Positions 12,571-25,439 are shown, numbered from the stretch's first letter. The stretch: 64,000 nt of DNA from Octopus sinensis (GCF_006345805.1 NC_043002.1:40672001-40736000); one strand, 5' to 3'. Made by a program: numbers and translations. Notes: generated by a model from the letters alone, not told the origin.

Positions 12571-13258
12571 GACCAATGAGAAGATCATTAATAGAATTTT
12601 TGAAAGACTCTCAAGATGCTTACATGCATATAAATGTACTTTCACACAATGCAGTGGAAATGAATTTGAGTAACTGTTAATATAATTTACTTTAAGGTAT
12701 GGATGAATTAAGTTTAGCTTTAACCTTCCCATTCTTATAAACACCAAGTAATAACTATTCAACTCACTATGTGAGCATGTGTTCATCAAACCACATGTGT
12801 GCATATGCTTACATCTTCATGGATGCTTGTATGAACGAGTGTACATGTGCCATGCAGCTTGTGCAAGGGCGTTTACACATCCATATCCATTAATGGCTAT
12901 TTTTCATACTTTTTTCGCTGTATTGTGTGTTTGTTTCTTTTTTGCATGTTATTTTATTTTTTATCTTCTATATAAATGAAGAGATATTCTTTAATTTGCA
13001 GCTGTTCTTTACATGAAATGAAAAGATACATTGCAGAACTGTTATTTTAATGAGTTATATCTATTTATTACCCGAAGAAACACATCTGCACCACCGGATG
13101 CTCCTGAACTAGTTATTAAGATGTGTCAAACAATTGCAGTGATTAGTCAAAATTCTTGTATCTTCCCTCTTCCATGTACTATATACATACATAATACATA
13201 CACACACACACACACATATATATTATATAATGTGATAATTTTGCAGCTTTAATAAAAG

Positions 13259-13309
<51 letters not shown>

Positions 13310-13314
<5 letters not shown>

Positions 13315-13687
13315 GTTTTAGTCACTGGAGTGCAACTCTGCTTAAGCACTGCCTTGAAGGGTTTTAGTTGAATAAATCGGCCCAAGTACTTTTGTTATTT
13401 TTTAGTTAGTACTTAGTACTTATTCTGTTGACTTCTTTTGCCAAACTGATAAGTTATGAAGACTAAACAAACCAACACCATTTGTCAAGTGATGGGAAAA
13501 GGGGTGACAAACGCACACATACACACATGTACACACACACATACACAATGGGCATCCACATGGTCTCTATCAACCAAATTCACTCACAAGGCATTGGTCA
13601 GCCCCTGACTATAGTAGAAGTTAATTACCCAAGTAACTGAACCCAAATAGCTGAAAAACGAGCTTATTAACCTAACAACCACATGCA

Positions 13688-13690
<3 letters not shown>
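13310..13690 (-). mobile_element. SINE family B, diverged
   Basis: Same head, body and tail blocks as the copies at 1827 and 46628. Confidence 0.7.
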
Positions 13691-13733
<43 letters not shown>

Positions 13734-13735
<2 letters not shown>

Positions 13736-13891
13736 AATATTTTATAAGCTTAAAGCTTATAAGCGAAAACCACTAAGAGAAATAATCCAATATTAGGGCA
13801 TATAAGCTCTTGACAGAGCCCCAATATTAGACTATTTTCATTAGTCAATACACAGTATTTGCTTATAAGCTTTAAGCATATAAAATATTAT
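13734..13891. mobile_element. 158-bp foldback MITE-like element
   Basis: Outer 31-bp inverted repeat with 1 mismatch (13734-13764 / 13861-13891) and inner 19-bp inverted repeat with 3 mismatches (13781-13799 / 13818-13836). Confidence 0.7.
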
Positions 13892-14421
13892 TTAAAGAAT
13901 TGTAAAATCCTCACCATTTACCAAATCATTGCACACACACATATACAGAGAATATATTCTTCCATGTTTTATTATTCGAACCATCCTGACTTCCTTTGAG
14001 ACATAGTGTGACAAGGTCTGCACAAACTAATGTGTTCATTTTTAAGATCGTAAGGTGAGAATTTGGTAGCTATTTCTTGCATGTAACAATTCTCATGTTG
14101 GCTTTTTAATTTTTTTCAAAAATAGTCTGTAACTCAAAACACAATTTTCCTCCAACTCATTCTAAATTTGTTGAAATAAAAAAAACAAAAAACAAAGAAA
14201 AAAAACAAGACAAAAAACAAAAACAAAAGTAAAACCAAACTCTTTAGTTGCTAATCAATACTTTTCTGCTTAACTAACATTTTTCTAATTTTGTGTCTAT
14301 AAATGTCACTCCAAATGGAACAAAACAAAATTTAATTCTTATTTTAAGTCAGGTGTTAAGAATGAAACATGGATTTAGGCAGCAGATTATTCATTATCTA
14401 AATTAGAATCTGCTCACTCAC

Positions 14422-14512
14422 CTAGCCAACACTGCCACATAAGCAGTTTGTTTTCTTTTTGACAACTCAAGAAAGTTTCTTTAAGACAGCTACTTATAAA
14501 CATCAAATATAA
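14422..14512 (-). other. candidate exon (unidentified transcript)
   Basis: Acceptor TTTTCTCTTTTACAG and donor AG|GTGAGT; one open frame LYLMFISSCLKETFLSCQKENKLLMWQCWL. Confidence 0.35.
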
Positions 14513-17383
14513 CTGTAAAAGAGAAAATTGATCTAGAACAATGTTCACAGACTACTTAAGCTTGGCTTGTTGAAATTTAGTATTTTTTAAAATAATCCTG
14601 TTATTGAAATAGTTTTTATTTTTTACTGGTTTCAGTCATTGGACTGCAGATATGCCAGGGCACTGCTTTTTTTGAAAGGTTTAGTCAAACAGATCAATCC
14701 CAGGACCTGTCATTTTTTAAGTCTGGTAGTTATTCTATCAATCTCTTTTGTGGAACAGCTCAGTTATGAGGACATGAACAAACCAACACTGGTTGTCAAG
14801 CAGTGGAGTGTGTGTGTGGGGGGAGCAAATGTAAAGACACACTCACACATATATAGTATTATGACAGGTTTCCACACACTTTCTATTTACCAAATTCACT
14901 CACAAGACATTGTTTGACCTAGGGTACCATGCAGATGAGCTCATATAAAAGTATGTTTGCAGCAAGTTAGGGGCTTGAAATGAGCTATAATTGCAAGCAA
15001 CAGATATGAAAACAAGAATAAACTTTCAGACAACAAGTCTTTGGAACGAATGAAGTATGACATGGAATGTTAATTTCAAAAGTCAAGGGTCAGAAACATA
15101 ACTGATGAGAGGCAGATGTTGAGAGATGAATTCAATTTAAATTGAGTTTTCTTTTGCAATTTCTGAAGATGTTATATTTAATAGTGGAAAAAAAAGACAA
15201 AGAAAGAGGAATGCATAATGCTGGTAATGTGCTACAAACTGAAAGTTTGAGAAGCCAAGAAAAATTTCCCTAGTTAAAGGGTTTAAATACAAATGAGCAC
15301 ATCACAAGTTCCATGCCATGTTGCACTCACTGAATAGTTCCTTGTAAAGCAACACATTGTTTGATCAATCTCACTCTATATAATTGCTGAAAGACTGTTA
15401 ATCAGAATAATGTCTCTGTTTGTAATAAGGAGGAACATCCAATTGTAGAAAGTGACAACGACTCAGACAATTCTAGCAACAACTCAGCCACTTGGAAATC
15501 TATTTTATGTGGTTCCCCGCTTTTCATAAACACATAATCTGTTCATTCTCATTACTCACTCTCACTTTTAATGACTCCCTTTCACAATTACTACTGTCAC
15601 ATGAGCATAGTTGCCCTAAAACATTCATTCATTCATTTATTCTCTCTCTCTCACACACACGTACACATGTGTATGTGTTAAGATGCACACGGAAACATAT
15701 GCAAAGAAACATGTTCAGACACTCACACACATACAAGCAAAAACAAAAACACAATCAAAAATTCATAAACACTACAATACATGCACACAACAAAGACACC
15801 CACGCATCAAGACAACCACAAAGCTCACACACACACACACGAACACACAGACACATACACTCATGCACAGACACAAACTAGAGAAACCAAATGTAAAAGC
15901 ATGTGTTTCAGAAGAAAAAAAGTAATAAATTATTTATGGAAAGTACAATTAGATCAACAATTTTAGATTGATGTAAGAGCTAAAAATAGATGAGAAATTT
16001 ATCAAGAAAACATTCATATATATAACATATATACATTCACTAAAATCGTGCAGTTAACAGCTTTATAAAGTGATTTTTTTTTTAATCATTTACATTCATT
16101 ACATTTTCAATTGCTGGCACACATGTCCATATTAATTCTAATGTAATAAATCTCTTCCTCTTTCTTTCTTCCCACACACATATACACATACTACCACCAT
16201 CACCAGTATCATCATCATCATCATCATCATCATTTAACACCTGTTTTCCATGTTGGCATGCATTAAACGGTTTGACAGGATCCAATGAACCACAATTTGT
16301 TGAGCTTCCATGTTAGCTATGTCAGGGTTTCCACAGCTGGATGCTCTTCCTGATGCCAACCACTTTACAGAGTGTACTGGGTGTTTGTTTTATGACACCA
16401 ACACTAGAGGGGTCAAGTAACTTTCAAAACAAAGAAAAAAAAAATCCTCCCCAACTGAATGGGAGTGATTTTGGGAGAGTGGGAGGTAGATTTATGCCAT
16501 GTGTTGAAAAGCTAAAGTATGACAGAGGAACAAGTACAGGTATCTTTCCAAAAAAAAGAAAGAGATGGTGGTGATGAGGTGATGAGAAACCAAGAGAATA
16601 CAGAGAGAAGATTGGAGAGAGAGGGTAGGTCCATAAGAGTATGAGCGGAGAGGGGTAGATGGTTAGCAATGGGGAAAAAGCTGATTGTAATGAATGATGA
16701 ACTAGGGGGAAGGTGTAAGTGATAGTAAATATCAGTATGGAGAGGTGAAAGAGATAGAAATGTTTCAGGAAGGAGGTGACTAGTAGCAGTACAAGGAAGC
16801 CGAAAGCAGCAGTGTCATAAAACGGTAGAGAGATGAAGAAGGGAGATGATATGCAGGGTGTGAGAAGAGGGGTGGAGAGGAAGATGTATAGAGATGGAGT
16901 TAAGAGGTATTTAAGGAGAGCTATAGTGAGTGTGAGACAAAGGAGGGATGATGGATATGAGAGGGTGTATGAGAGGGGACAAGGGAGTGATGGTTATGAG
17001 AAGGTGTTGAGAATGACAGCAGGTATGAGAGGTTTTAAAGGTGTAGCCCAGAGGAGATGTAGCTCAGAGGAGATGGAGAGATAATTGAAGGCACAGAAAG
17101 GGGTTGTGGGTAGGAAAGAAATGACAATGAGAAATGGATGTTAAGGGGAAGCGATTCTAGGGGGAGAAGTGGAGTAACTGGAAGTGCAAAAGTGGGGGGA
17201 ATTACGTGTTGATTTATAACTGTTGAGTAGTGCTGTAACTAGAAAAGTGATGGAGGGATAAGTGTTAAGAAGATGAGATATAGGGAATGTTTGATGAGGG
17301 CAGATTCAGTGTAGAGACAGGCTGGGTGCAGGTGTAGAGCTTGATCAGAGGTCTACTAGGTCAAAGCTAGCTTGGGTCTAAAC

Positions 17384-17480
17384 CAGTGGTTCTTAATCAA
17401 TTTTTAACTATGGACCCTTTTGGTTCCTATTTTACTTGGATGGATGCTCATAGCCACTCGATGTTTAGAAAATAAACTTT
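17384..17480 (+). mobile_element. left end of a hAT-type MITE, truncated
   Basis: Begins CAGTGGTTCTTAATC, resembling Charlie-type CAGTGGTTCTCAACC termini; no matching right end seen. Confidence 0.4.
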
Positions 17481-17496
17481 ATTGTATATTTATAAT

Positions 17497-17640
17497 GGCG
17501 CAGGAGTGGCTGTGTGGTAAGTAGAACAGGTACCAGGCTTGAAACAAAAAAAGTACTGGGTTTGATTCATTCGACTAAAAGTTCTTCAAGGTGGTGCTCC
17601 AGCATGGCCACAGTCTAATGATTGAAACGAGTAAAAGAAA
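17497..17640 (+). mobile_element. SINE family B with large internal deletion
   Basis: Head GGCGCAGGAGTGGCTGTGTGGTAAGTAG joined directly to the 3' body and GTAAAAG tail. Confidence 0.7.
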
Positions 17641-17756
17641 GTAAAGTAGAAAGTATGTATATATATATATACCAGAGTAAACAAATAAATGTGAAACAAG
17701 GTGGAAAAAAGAGTACTCAAATACCGGGGGTGGAGTAAAAGCAGCAGAAATTCAAC

Positions 17757-17804
17757 AAAACCTGTTACTCGGAGTTTCATGTTCCCGTTCGTCGGACAGT
17801 TTTT
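17757..17804 (-). ncRNA. minimal type I hammerhead ribozyme-like motif, mirror copy
   Basis: Minus strand AAAAACTGT CCGACGA ACG-GGAA-CAT GAAA CTC-C-GAG TA/ACAGGTTTT; stem II has one C-A mismatch. Confidence 0.6.
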
Positions 17805-17828
17805 GTTAAAATCAGTTTTTGTTTTAAC

Positions 17829-17876
17829 AAAAACTGTCCGACGAATGGGAACATGAAACTCTGAGTAACAGGTTTT
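17829..17876 (+). ncRNA. minimal type I hammerhead ribozyme-like motif (U4C variant)
   Basis: Stem I AAAAACTGT/ACAGGTTTT (8 of 9 pairs), core CCGACGA, stem II ATG-GGAA-CAT, GAAA, palindromic stem III ACTC-T-GAGT, GUA triplet with predicted cut at 17867/17868; AATAAA at 17898-17903. Confidence 0.65.
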
Positions 17877-17946
17877 GTTGAATTTCTGCTGCTTTTAAAT
17901 AAAGTATATATATATATATATAATATATATATATATATTTGTGTGT

Positions 17947-18530
17947 GTGTACATGCATCTATGCATGTGTACAGAACCACTAAGAGAAATGCTGCAAAGT
18001 GGAATGAAACTGGTTTAAAACCAGTTGATTCCATGCAAGCTCCTCACAAACTTTTAAGTCCATGAACTTTTAATAATTAGTTAAGTATTTCCAATAAAGA
18101 TAATGGTCTGACATGAAATTTTAAAGTTGTCATTTCCCCCCCCACTTCTTGGTAGATAAGCATGATTATAATAAAATAAGAACAATGTAGACCACTTATA
18201 GTGTATGGTTATAAGAGCATAACTGAACGTGATGGTGTGTACATGCATCTATGCATGTGTACAGAACCACTAAGAGAAATGCTGCAAAGTGGAATGAAAC
18301 TGGTTTAAAACCAGTTGATTCCATGCAAGCTCCTCACAAACTTTTAAGTCCATGGACTTTTAATCATTAGTTAAGTATTTCCAATAAAGATAATGGTTTG
18401 ACATGAAATTTTAAAGTTGTCATTTCCCCCCCCCCCCACTTCTTGGTAGATAAGCATGATTATAATAAAATAAGAACAATGTAGACCACTTATAGTGTAT
18501 GGTTATAAGAGCATAACTGAACGTGATGGT
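17947..18530. repeat. tandem duplication of a ~290-bp unit (2 copies)
   Basis: ACATGCATCT at 17951 and 18241; both copies end ACTGAACGTGATGGT (18236, 18530); few differences, including poly-C length. Confidence 0.95.
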
Positions 18531-19060
18531 TAATCACAGCTATATGAACAGGAACATTGATAAACTCTCATAAATGCTTTATTCCCTGTGCACCACAATA
18601 AGCAGATAATATATTTTGCATAAAGCAACGGTAATCCCAATTAGCTAATGGAAGTTTTCCTGGCTTTTTTATTTGTTAAATTTTTAACAACACTATCAAT
18701 AAATCAATTTCCGTGGTAACACTTGATTCAATACTTGGTCTTACTAAATTAACAATCAAGTTTTGAGACATGGTAGACCTTAAAATGTGTTTGATATAAT
18801 TCTTTTTAGGAATGGTAAAATTTTTAAGCAGAACCAGCTATAAGTAATAGTATGTAAATATTGGGTTTAAATCTCTTTGAATAGCATAACAGGTTATCTA
18901 CCATTAAACCAAAGTAATCCTTTGAATTTTTAAAAGCTTTCTTCTAACCAGCAAGAATTATGTGTTTTTGGTGTGATGAAGATTTATAAACTTCAAGAAA
19001 GTGAAGTAATTCTTTTTAGGAATGGTGAATTTCAAAGCAAACAAAACTATAAATAATTCC

Positions 19061-19274
19061 TTCTACTAAGGGCACAAGGCTTGAAATTTTGTTGGGAGGG
19101 GGACTAGTTGATTACATCAATCCCAGTGTTTCACTGGTACTTAATTTATCAACCCTAAAAGGATGAAAGGCAAAGATGACCTTAGTGGAATTTGAACTCA
19201 GAACATAAAGAAGGTTGAAATGCTGCTAAGCATTTTGCCCATCATGCTAATGATTCTGCCAGCTCGCTGCCTTA
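19061..19274 (-). mobile_element. SINE family A
   Basis: Complete head-to-tail match to the family A copies. Confidence 0.85.
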
Positions 19275-19558
19275 AACAAAGCTATAAATAATAGCATGCA
19301 AATATTGCGTTAAAAAATCTTTGGGTGGAAAAAATTGAAGGCTAACCATGACTTTCTAGGCAAAGGGATTTTCTAATATTTACACACTGTTATTTACAAC
19401 TTTATTTGGTTCAAGTTTCACCATTCCTAAAAGAATTATTTCACATTCTTAAAGTTTCTGAATTCCTATGTGCTTGATGTGTTTGATTTTGTTAAAAGAT
19501 GATTCCACTGGTGCTATTTCTTTCTAGTTGTAACAGGAATTGTCAACAACATGCTTAA

Positions 19559-19777
19559 CCCTTTCGTTACCAACCCGGCTGAAACTGGCTCTGGCTCTGA
19601 GTACAAATGTTTTGTTTTCATTAAGTTTTGAATTAAAATCTTCTACCAAACCGTAATCACAATTTATGTTCCTAACACTAGCTGAATGATAACTAAGTTA
19701 TTTTACTAAATTCTTTGTTGTATTTAAAGTAAATGAAAGAAACAGAGCATCTCAAAATAAATACAGTAACAAAAGGG
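19559..19777. mobile_element. TTAA-flanked MITE (family 2)
   Basis: TTAA|CCCTTTCGTTAC...GTAACAAAAGGG|TTAA; near-identical copy at 22182-22402. Confidence 0.85.
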
Positions 19778-20293
19778 TTAAAGTAACACAAACATTTGAA
19801 AATATATCACAAAGTTTGGAATTAGTAAACAAATTTAGAAATTCTAATAGTTTCTGTACTGGTTAACTAAATTTGCTTTATGTACTAATTGTAAATGTTA
19901 AAAATGCTGAAATTCTATTACAAAGTCACTGATAGTGTGCCGTATGACCAGCTGGAGATGATGCTTTCTGGGAGCTAAATAACAGTAACATTTGGCCTAA
20001 CCAGGACTGCCACATCATGTTAGAAAATAATCTTTACTCTACAGTACTGTTACTGAATGTCTCTCATTTTCATTAACTGTGTAATATTTCCACATGGAAT
20101 GGAAATTTTCAGTCACCTGCTCAGTAACATTAAAATGTAATTAATCCTGCAACAAAATTATCAGAACATAAAAACACAGTTTTTCTGAAGCACATTTTTT
20201 TGTTTTTTACTGATAATCATCTGCGTCATTCAATTTTGCCAGGTTGGTATGAAGTGTTATGTCAATCTACAAGCTTTTTCTCTTTTAACTCAC

Positions 20294-20515
20294 ATCTCCA
20301 CGCCCATGGGAGTGTTTGATTTTCGTTGCAACTGATACCAGCTCTTTGGCTTTATTCCAGATGATTTTGCAGTTGTTTAGTAATTTTTGTTAGTAATTTC
20401 ATCAAATATTCAAAGAGAGTTCTAGAGTTGGAAACTTCCACAATCAATGTGGCATCTCTGACTTGAATGGTGTTGTTGCAATTATCTATTGGAGCCGACA
20501 CTTTATAGCAAGCAG
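20294..20515 (-). other. candidate exon (unidentified transcript)
   Basis: Acceptor TTTTGTTTGTGTTTTAATGTTAG and donor AT|GTGAGT; no single open frame unless one A is removed from an A5 run. Confidence 0.3.
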
Positions 20516-20574
20516 CTAACATTAAAACACAAACAAAATTTTTAGATATGCTGATACTTTATTTAATATTAAGG

Positions 20575-20715
20575 GCCTGTCAATGGGAAACCCAGTCCAC
20601 ACTGTAACAAGGTATGAATGGGGAGATCTGCAAACAGATCCCTGACTTGTTTTGGAGAATTTGTTGCAATTGCTTCCTCCAGAGTCATATCCCAATGAGG
20701 ATCATATTCATCGCA
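20575..20715 (-). mobile_element. Helitron Rep/helicase fragment
   Basis: DEYDPHWDMTLEEAIATNSPKQVRDLFA..QCGL resembles the Helitron DDxHWDxTLxEA...SPxQxRxLFA...CG.SNP segment as I recall it. Confidence 0.5.
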
Positions 20716-22009
20716 AAAAATCATGTAAAAAAATAAATCATCATACATACATACATACAAGGAGAAAGCTAATTCGAAGACTACAGATCTAATCCATCAC
20801 TGGAATTGTGAAAATCTGTAAAACTTTACAGAAATTTATCATTTAAATATATATAAGAATGTCTAGATATGTAACTATATGCATGAGAATATATACATAG
20901 CCCCAAGTCAATCACTGCCTTGTGAGTGAATTTGGTAGATGGAAACTGCATGGAAACCTACTGTGTCTCTCTTTTATATATGTGCGTGTGTGCTTGCATT
21001 TGTCTCTGCCCCTGTTGCCTGACAACCTGTGTTGTTTTATATTCCCATAACTAAGCAGTTCAGCAAAAGTGACCAATATAATATGTACCAAACTTTAAAA
21101 AATGATTATAAGAATCGATTTGTTTGACTAAACCTTTCAATGTGGTGCCCCAGTATGGTTGCAACCCAATGACTGAAACAAGTATAATATAACAAACAAG
21201 ATAAGATTTCTTTCTTCTGGCTTCAAATAAGTTTGTTTTTCTAAACTTTCTGGTAAAGGTTGATTATTTATGCCTTTTGATAATTATTCAAGCTGAGAAA
21301 TATAGCCAGTGGTTACCTGTTATTAGATTACTTTGGTGATTTACCAATTGGGCATTGTAGTTATATGCTGCTTTCCTCTTTTATATCATTTGATGGGCTT
21401 CTTTCAAAGTCCTTAGACTGTGGCCATGCTGGGGGGAACCACCTTGAAGAATTTTTAGTCAAAAGGATCAACCCCAGTAGTTAGATTTTTTTTTGGCTGA
21501 ACTGCTAAGTCATGGGGATGTAAACACACCAACACCATTTATCAAGCAGGGGTGAGCGACAAACACAGACATGATGACACAAATACATACACACGACAAA
21601 GCTGTTTTCAGTCTCAGTCTACCAAATCCATCCACAAGGCTTTGGCCAGTCAAAGGCTAGAGTAGAAGACACTTGCCCAAGGTGCCACAGAGTAGGACTG
21701 AATCAGGAACCATGTGGTTGGGAAGCAGACTTCTTACCACACACCCAACACGTATATTTCATTTCATATTTTCCTAACATCTGTGTTTTTAGTATTTGCT
21801 TTCATAAATATGTTTATAATTAGATTTATGTTTATATAATTATTAGCATATTTTTTGTGTTTAATAGGTTAGAGCAGATCTAAATGTGACAGTTAGTACA
21901 CAGTTACAGCATTTGTATACTGCAATATTATTATTCGTACACATAAGCCACTTTAGCTGACTTTGCCAATCCTTGTCATACTGTCTGTGATCATTAGTAT
22001 TTTACTTAC

Positions 22010-22046
22010 TCCTCCATCATTAGTATTCCACTTTCCAATTATCATG
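22010..22046 (-). other. candidate 37-nt micro-exon
   Basis: Acceptor CTTCCATCTTTAATTTGCAG and donor GA|GTAAGT. Confidence 0.3.
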
Positions 22047-22181
22047 CTGCAAATTAAAGATGGAAGCTTCACACTAATGACACAGTATTAAAAAAATAAT
22101 AAAAAAATATATATCTATTTATCTTTATGCATGTTGATAGATAGATAGATAGATAGATAAGATAAATATAGATATGTTTAA

Positions 22182-22402
22182 CCCTTTTGTTACCAACCCA
22201 GCTGAAACCAGCTCAGGCTCTGTAGTAGAAATGTCTTGTTTTCATAAGTTTTGAATTAAAATCTTCCACCAAACCTTAGTCACAATTTATGTTCCTTACA
22301 CTAGGTGAATGATAACTAAATTATTTTACTAAATTCTTTGTTATATTTAAAGTAATTGAAAGAAACACAGAGCATCTCAAAATAAATACAGTAACAAAAG
22401 GA
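22182..22402. mobile_element. TTAA-flanked MITE (family 2), second copy
   Basis: Aligns end to end with 19559-19777; TTAA on both sides. Confidence 0.85.
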
Positions 22403-22604
22403 TTAAGCATGCATAGATATATGAATGAATTTGTGTGCACATATAAATATATGTATGCATGTATATATGAATGTGTCTATGTATATATATATATATATTT
22501 GTATGTATATATGTATATATATTGGTTTCAAGTTTTGGCTGAAAGCCAGCAAGATCATGAAAAGGGTTTGGTCAATCAAATTGATCGCAGTGTTAAACAC
22601 ACAT

Positions 22605-22656
<52 letters not shown>

Positions 22657-23549
22657 GACAGGCTTCTTTCAGTTTCCACCTAACAAATCCACTCACAGGG
22701 CTTTGGTCGGCCTGAGGCTATAGTAGAAGACACTTGCCCAAGGTGCCACGCAGTGGGACTGAACCCAGAACCATGTGGTTGGTAAGCAAGCTACTTACAC
22801 ACAGCCACTCCTGCGCCTATGATGAAATTTGTTGAGGCAAATTTTTTTTCTGTGACCAGATGCTTTCATGTTGCTAACCCTTGCCTGTTTCTAAGCAACG
22901 TAATATTTCCCCATGGCCAGACTTACGGAAAACTGGAAACAATACCACTTGTATGATGGTGATGCTTGATTCCAACATATATGTATATATGACATATATA
23001 CATATATATGATGGGCTTCTTTCAGTTTCCACATACCAAATCTACTTACAAGGCTTTATTGTTGCACTCTGTCTGGCATGAAAAGCACCTACCTACATGA
23101 CCACCCTTCTACCATCTCGGATCAGAAATGTCAAATCAGACTACTCCACTACAATGTGCTAACAAAGTTTTCTCAGCCTTGAATTTTATCAACGGTAGTA
23201 TACCTCAAGCTTTGATAGATCTTCCTTCTGAACATTACCAATCCTTTGACTAAGCCATAAAAAAGCATATTAACTCAAATATCCCTGAGTGCATTCAAGA
23301 GAAGGCCATTCAACTGGCTGGCTTGGGGCTCATTCATCAACACACACACACACTTCTCTGGGCCAATAAAAAAATGCACACCTGTATATATGAAAGCAGT
23401 GTCTTTGTGTCTGAAGCTTATAAGGAAGAGCAGAACACTCTTAAGTGGCCAAGTAAACCAATCCTTGATGCAGCAGGGATTGTCTTTCTGCCAGTGCTTA
23501 GTTGTTTTAAAGTGAGTGTTGATCTGCATGATCCAGTCCCACTCTTTAA

Positions 23550-23778
23550 CCCTTTAGCAGCCAGATTGTTCTGTCAAATGTAATGCTTATTTATTCACAT
23601 TGTTTTGAATTAATCATTAAATATCTTGTAGCTTCAGGATTTCAACGATGCGGTAGTTCATTTTGTTCATTTTTAGAATAACATTGTAGAGTAGGTGTGA
23701 GAGGCCAGATCTGACCAGTTTGAACATAAGGCAGGTAAAATATTTTGGCTGGATATGGCTGGTTTAAATGCTAAAGGG
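23550..23778. mobile_element. TTAA-flanked MITE (family 1), intact
   Basis: TTAA|CCCTTTAGCA...TGCTAAAGGG|TTAA; other copies at 1716 and ~33725 (partial). Confidence 0.85.
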
Positions 23779-25439
23779 TTAAACTTGGAAGTCGGACCAC
23801 AGTGGTTCAGTGGGCCAAGACAGTTGTAGTAACTAGCAAGTTGTAGGTTTTACACTGGAGTGGTCTTCTTCTAGGTGAATTACCTTACAGGGCAGGAGAG
23901 CTTCACCTATCCTGGACTTGTGGAGAAGATATCAAAGAGAGGACTGGACTGCCAGAGGTATTCCACTTCTTGATTTGCAGTCAAGGTTGACTCCCTTAGC
24001 CTTTTCCTTTCCTAAGGCACGCGCAAGGCAGTGAGGGTTTGTGGTTGGAGTTTCTTCTATAACATGCGAATTCAATCATAGCTGAAACCTTGACAGGTGC
24101 TACTACTCCAGGTCAGAGTAGACCTGGAAACGATAGTGGCTAAGAAGTGATTCCACACACCTCAAAACCCTGAAACTCCTGAAGCAGAATCCCATTACTG
24201 GATGCACTTTAAAGTCATACCCAGGGCAAGTACCTGTATATACACAAAAACCAATTTGTCACCTGTCACTACTGTATTTATGTGTGTCTCAATAATTGAA
24301 TAATGACACATATCTGTATATTTAAAATCGTGTATGTATCCCCGTTTTAGAATAGAAACCTTTAGCGTCGTAAGTGGCGACCAAAAGGCTTGGCGACAGA
24401 AAGGGCATCAGGCCGTGAAAAGCACTGCATCAGGAAAAAAAGAACAAAAAAAAAAAAAACCTGTCCTAACTATGCCAGCACGGAAAAGCTGAAAAGCTGG
24501 CGTAAGACGCTGATGGTGATGCTGTCTGTCTGGTTACGTAATCATGAACCAGTTATTTCTTCACACACTTTCAGCAACCACGAGTTCTAGCTTACATTCT
24601 ACGAATGTTGCGTATGTAAATTCGATTCCTTTACCCCAGTACTTTACAGTAGAACGCAGAAAGTATCAAAATACTTGTAAGGCGGTAAATATGTGTAAAT
24701 TAAGCCGGATTACATCTGGGGTTTTTTTTTTTTGTTTTTTTTTGTTACGATAAAAACACGAAAACGGGCTAGCAAAAGAGCTTTTACGTAGTTTTACTCG
24801 ATCTGCTGAAAATAGTAGTTAAATCACAAAGAAAAGGCAGGTTGCGCAATTTACAAATTGAGGGGATCACAATTCATACGTTCTGCTTGTTCATATTCGA
24901 CTACAGGGCTTTATAAGTCTGGCGATGAGATCTCTAGAAGCCCTTAAGAAATATAAATGGTGTAAGCCTTAAGAGTAAGACGACCGAATTTGTAAAGATT
25001 CCTTGTTTTCATCGGCATAGATGCAACCCTACAGATTATTATGAATCTGCAATTCGCTCTTGTACTTGGTCGCTCAATTGGCAAGCAATAGCTGTCAGAT
25101 CTCCCTCAAATCACAAAGGAAAGGAAATTGGGTGATGCTATTTTGAATGCGAAAAAAAATAAATAAAGTCAGAATAGTCATAACCAGAACGCTTTTGATC
25201 ATAGATTTACTTAATTAAAAGAAAATCAACGACAAAACATCAAGCGAACTACGTGAGTGATCACTGCATCTGCTAGAAACAGCAGGCAAATCTATCTCAA
25301 ATTACATCGTATTACCTTTATATATATATATATATAATTAGGGCTTAGTAAAATAAATTACTTTGCCACATACTGAACTTTCTAGAAATAGCAGCCAAAA
25401 AGTTTTGATTAATAACTAATTAATTTTACCCTCAATTGT

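Larger units (their letters stand above)
17736..17897. repeat. near-perfect palindrome, 76-bp arms with 10-nt spacer
   Basis: Arms 17736-17811 and 17822-17897 differ at two positions, both CpG-to-TpG-type changes. Confidence 0.95.

Noticed and set aside
16680-17350. Purine-rich stretch and ORF 16833..17084
   Set aside because: Low complexity; probably a decayed retroelement on the minus strand, but no motif could be assigned.
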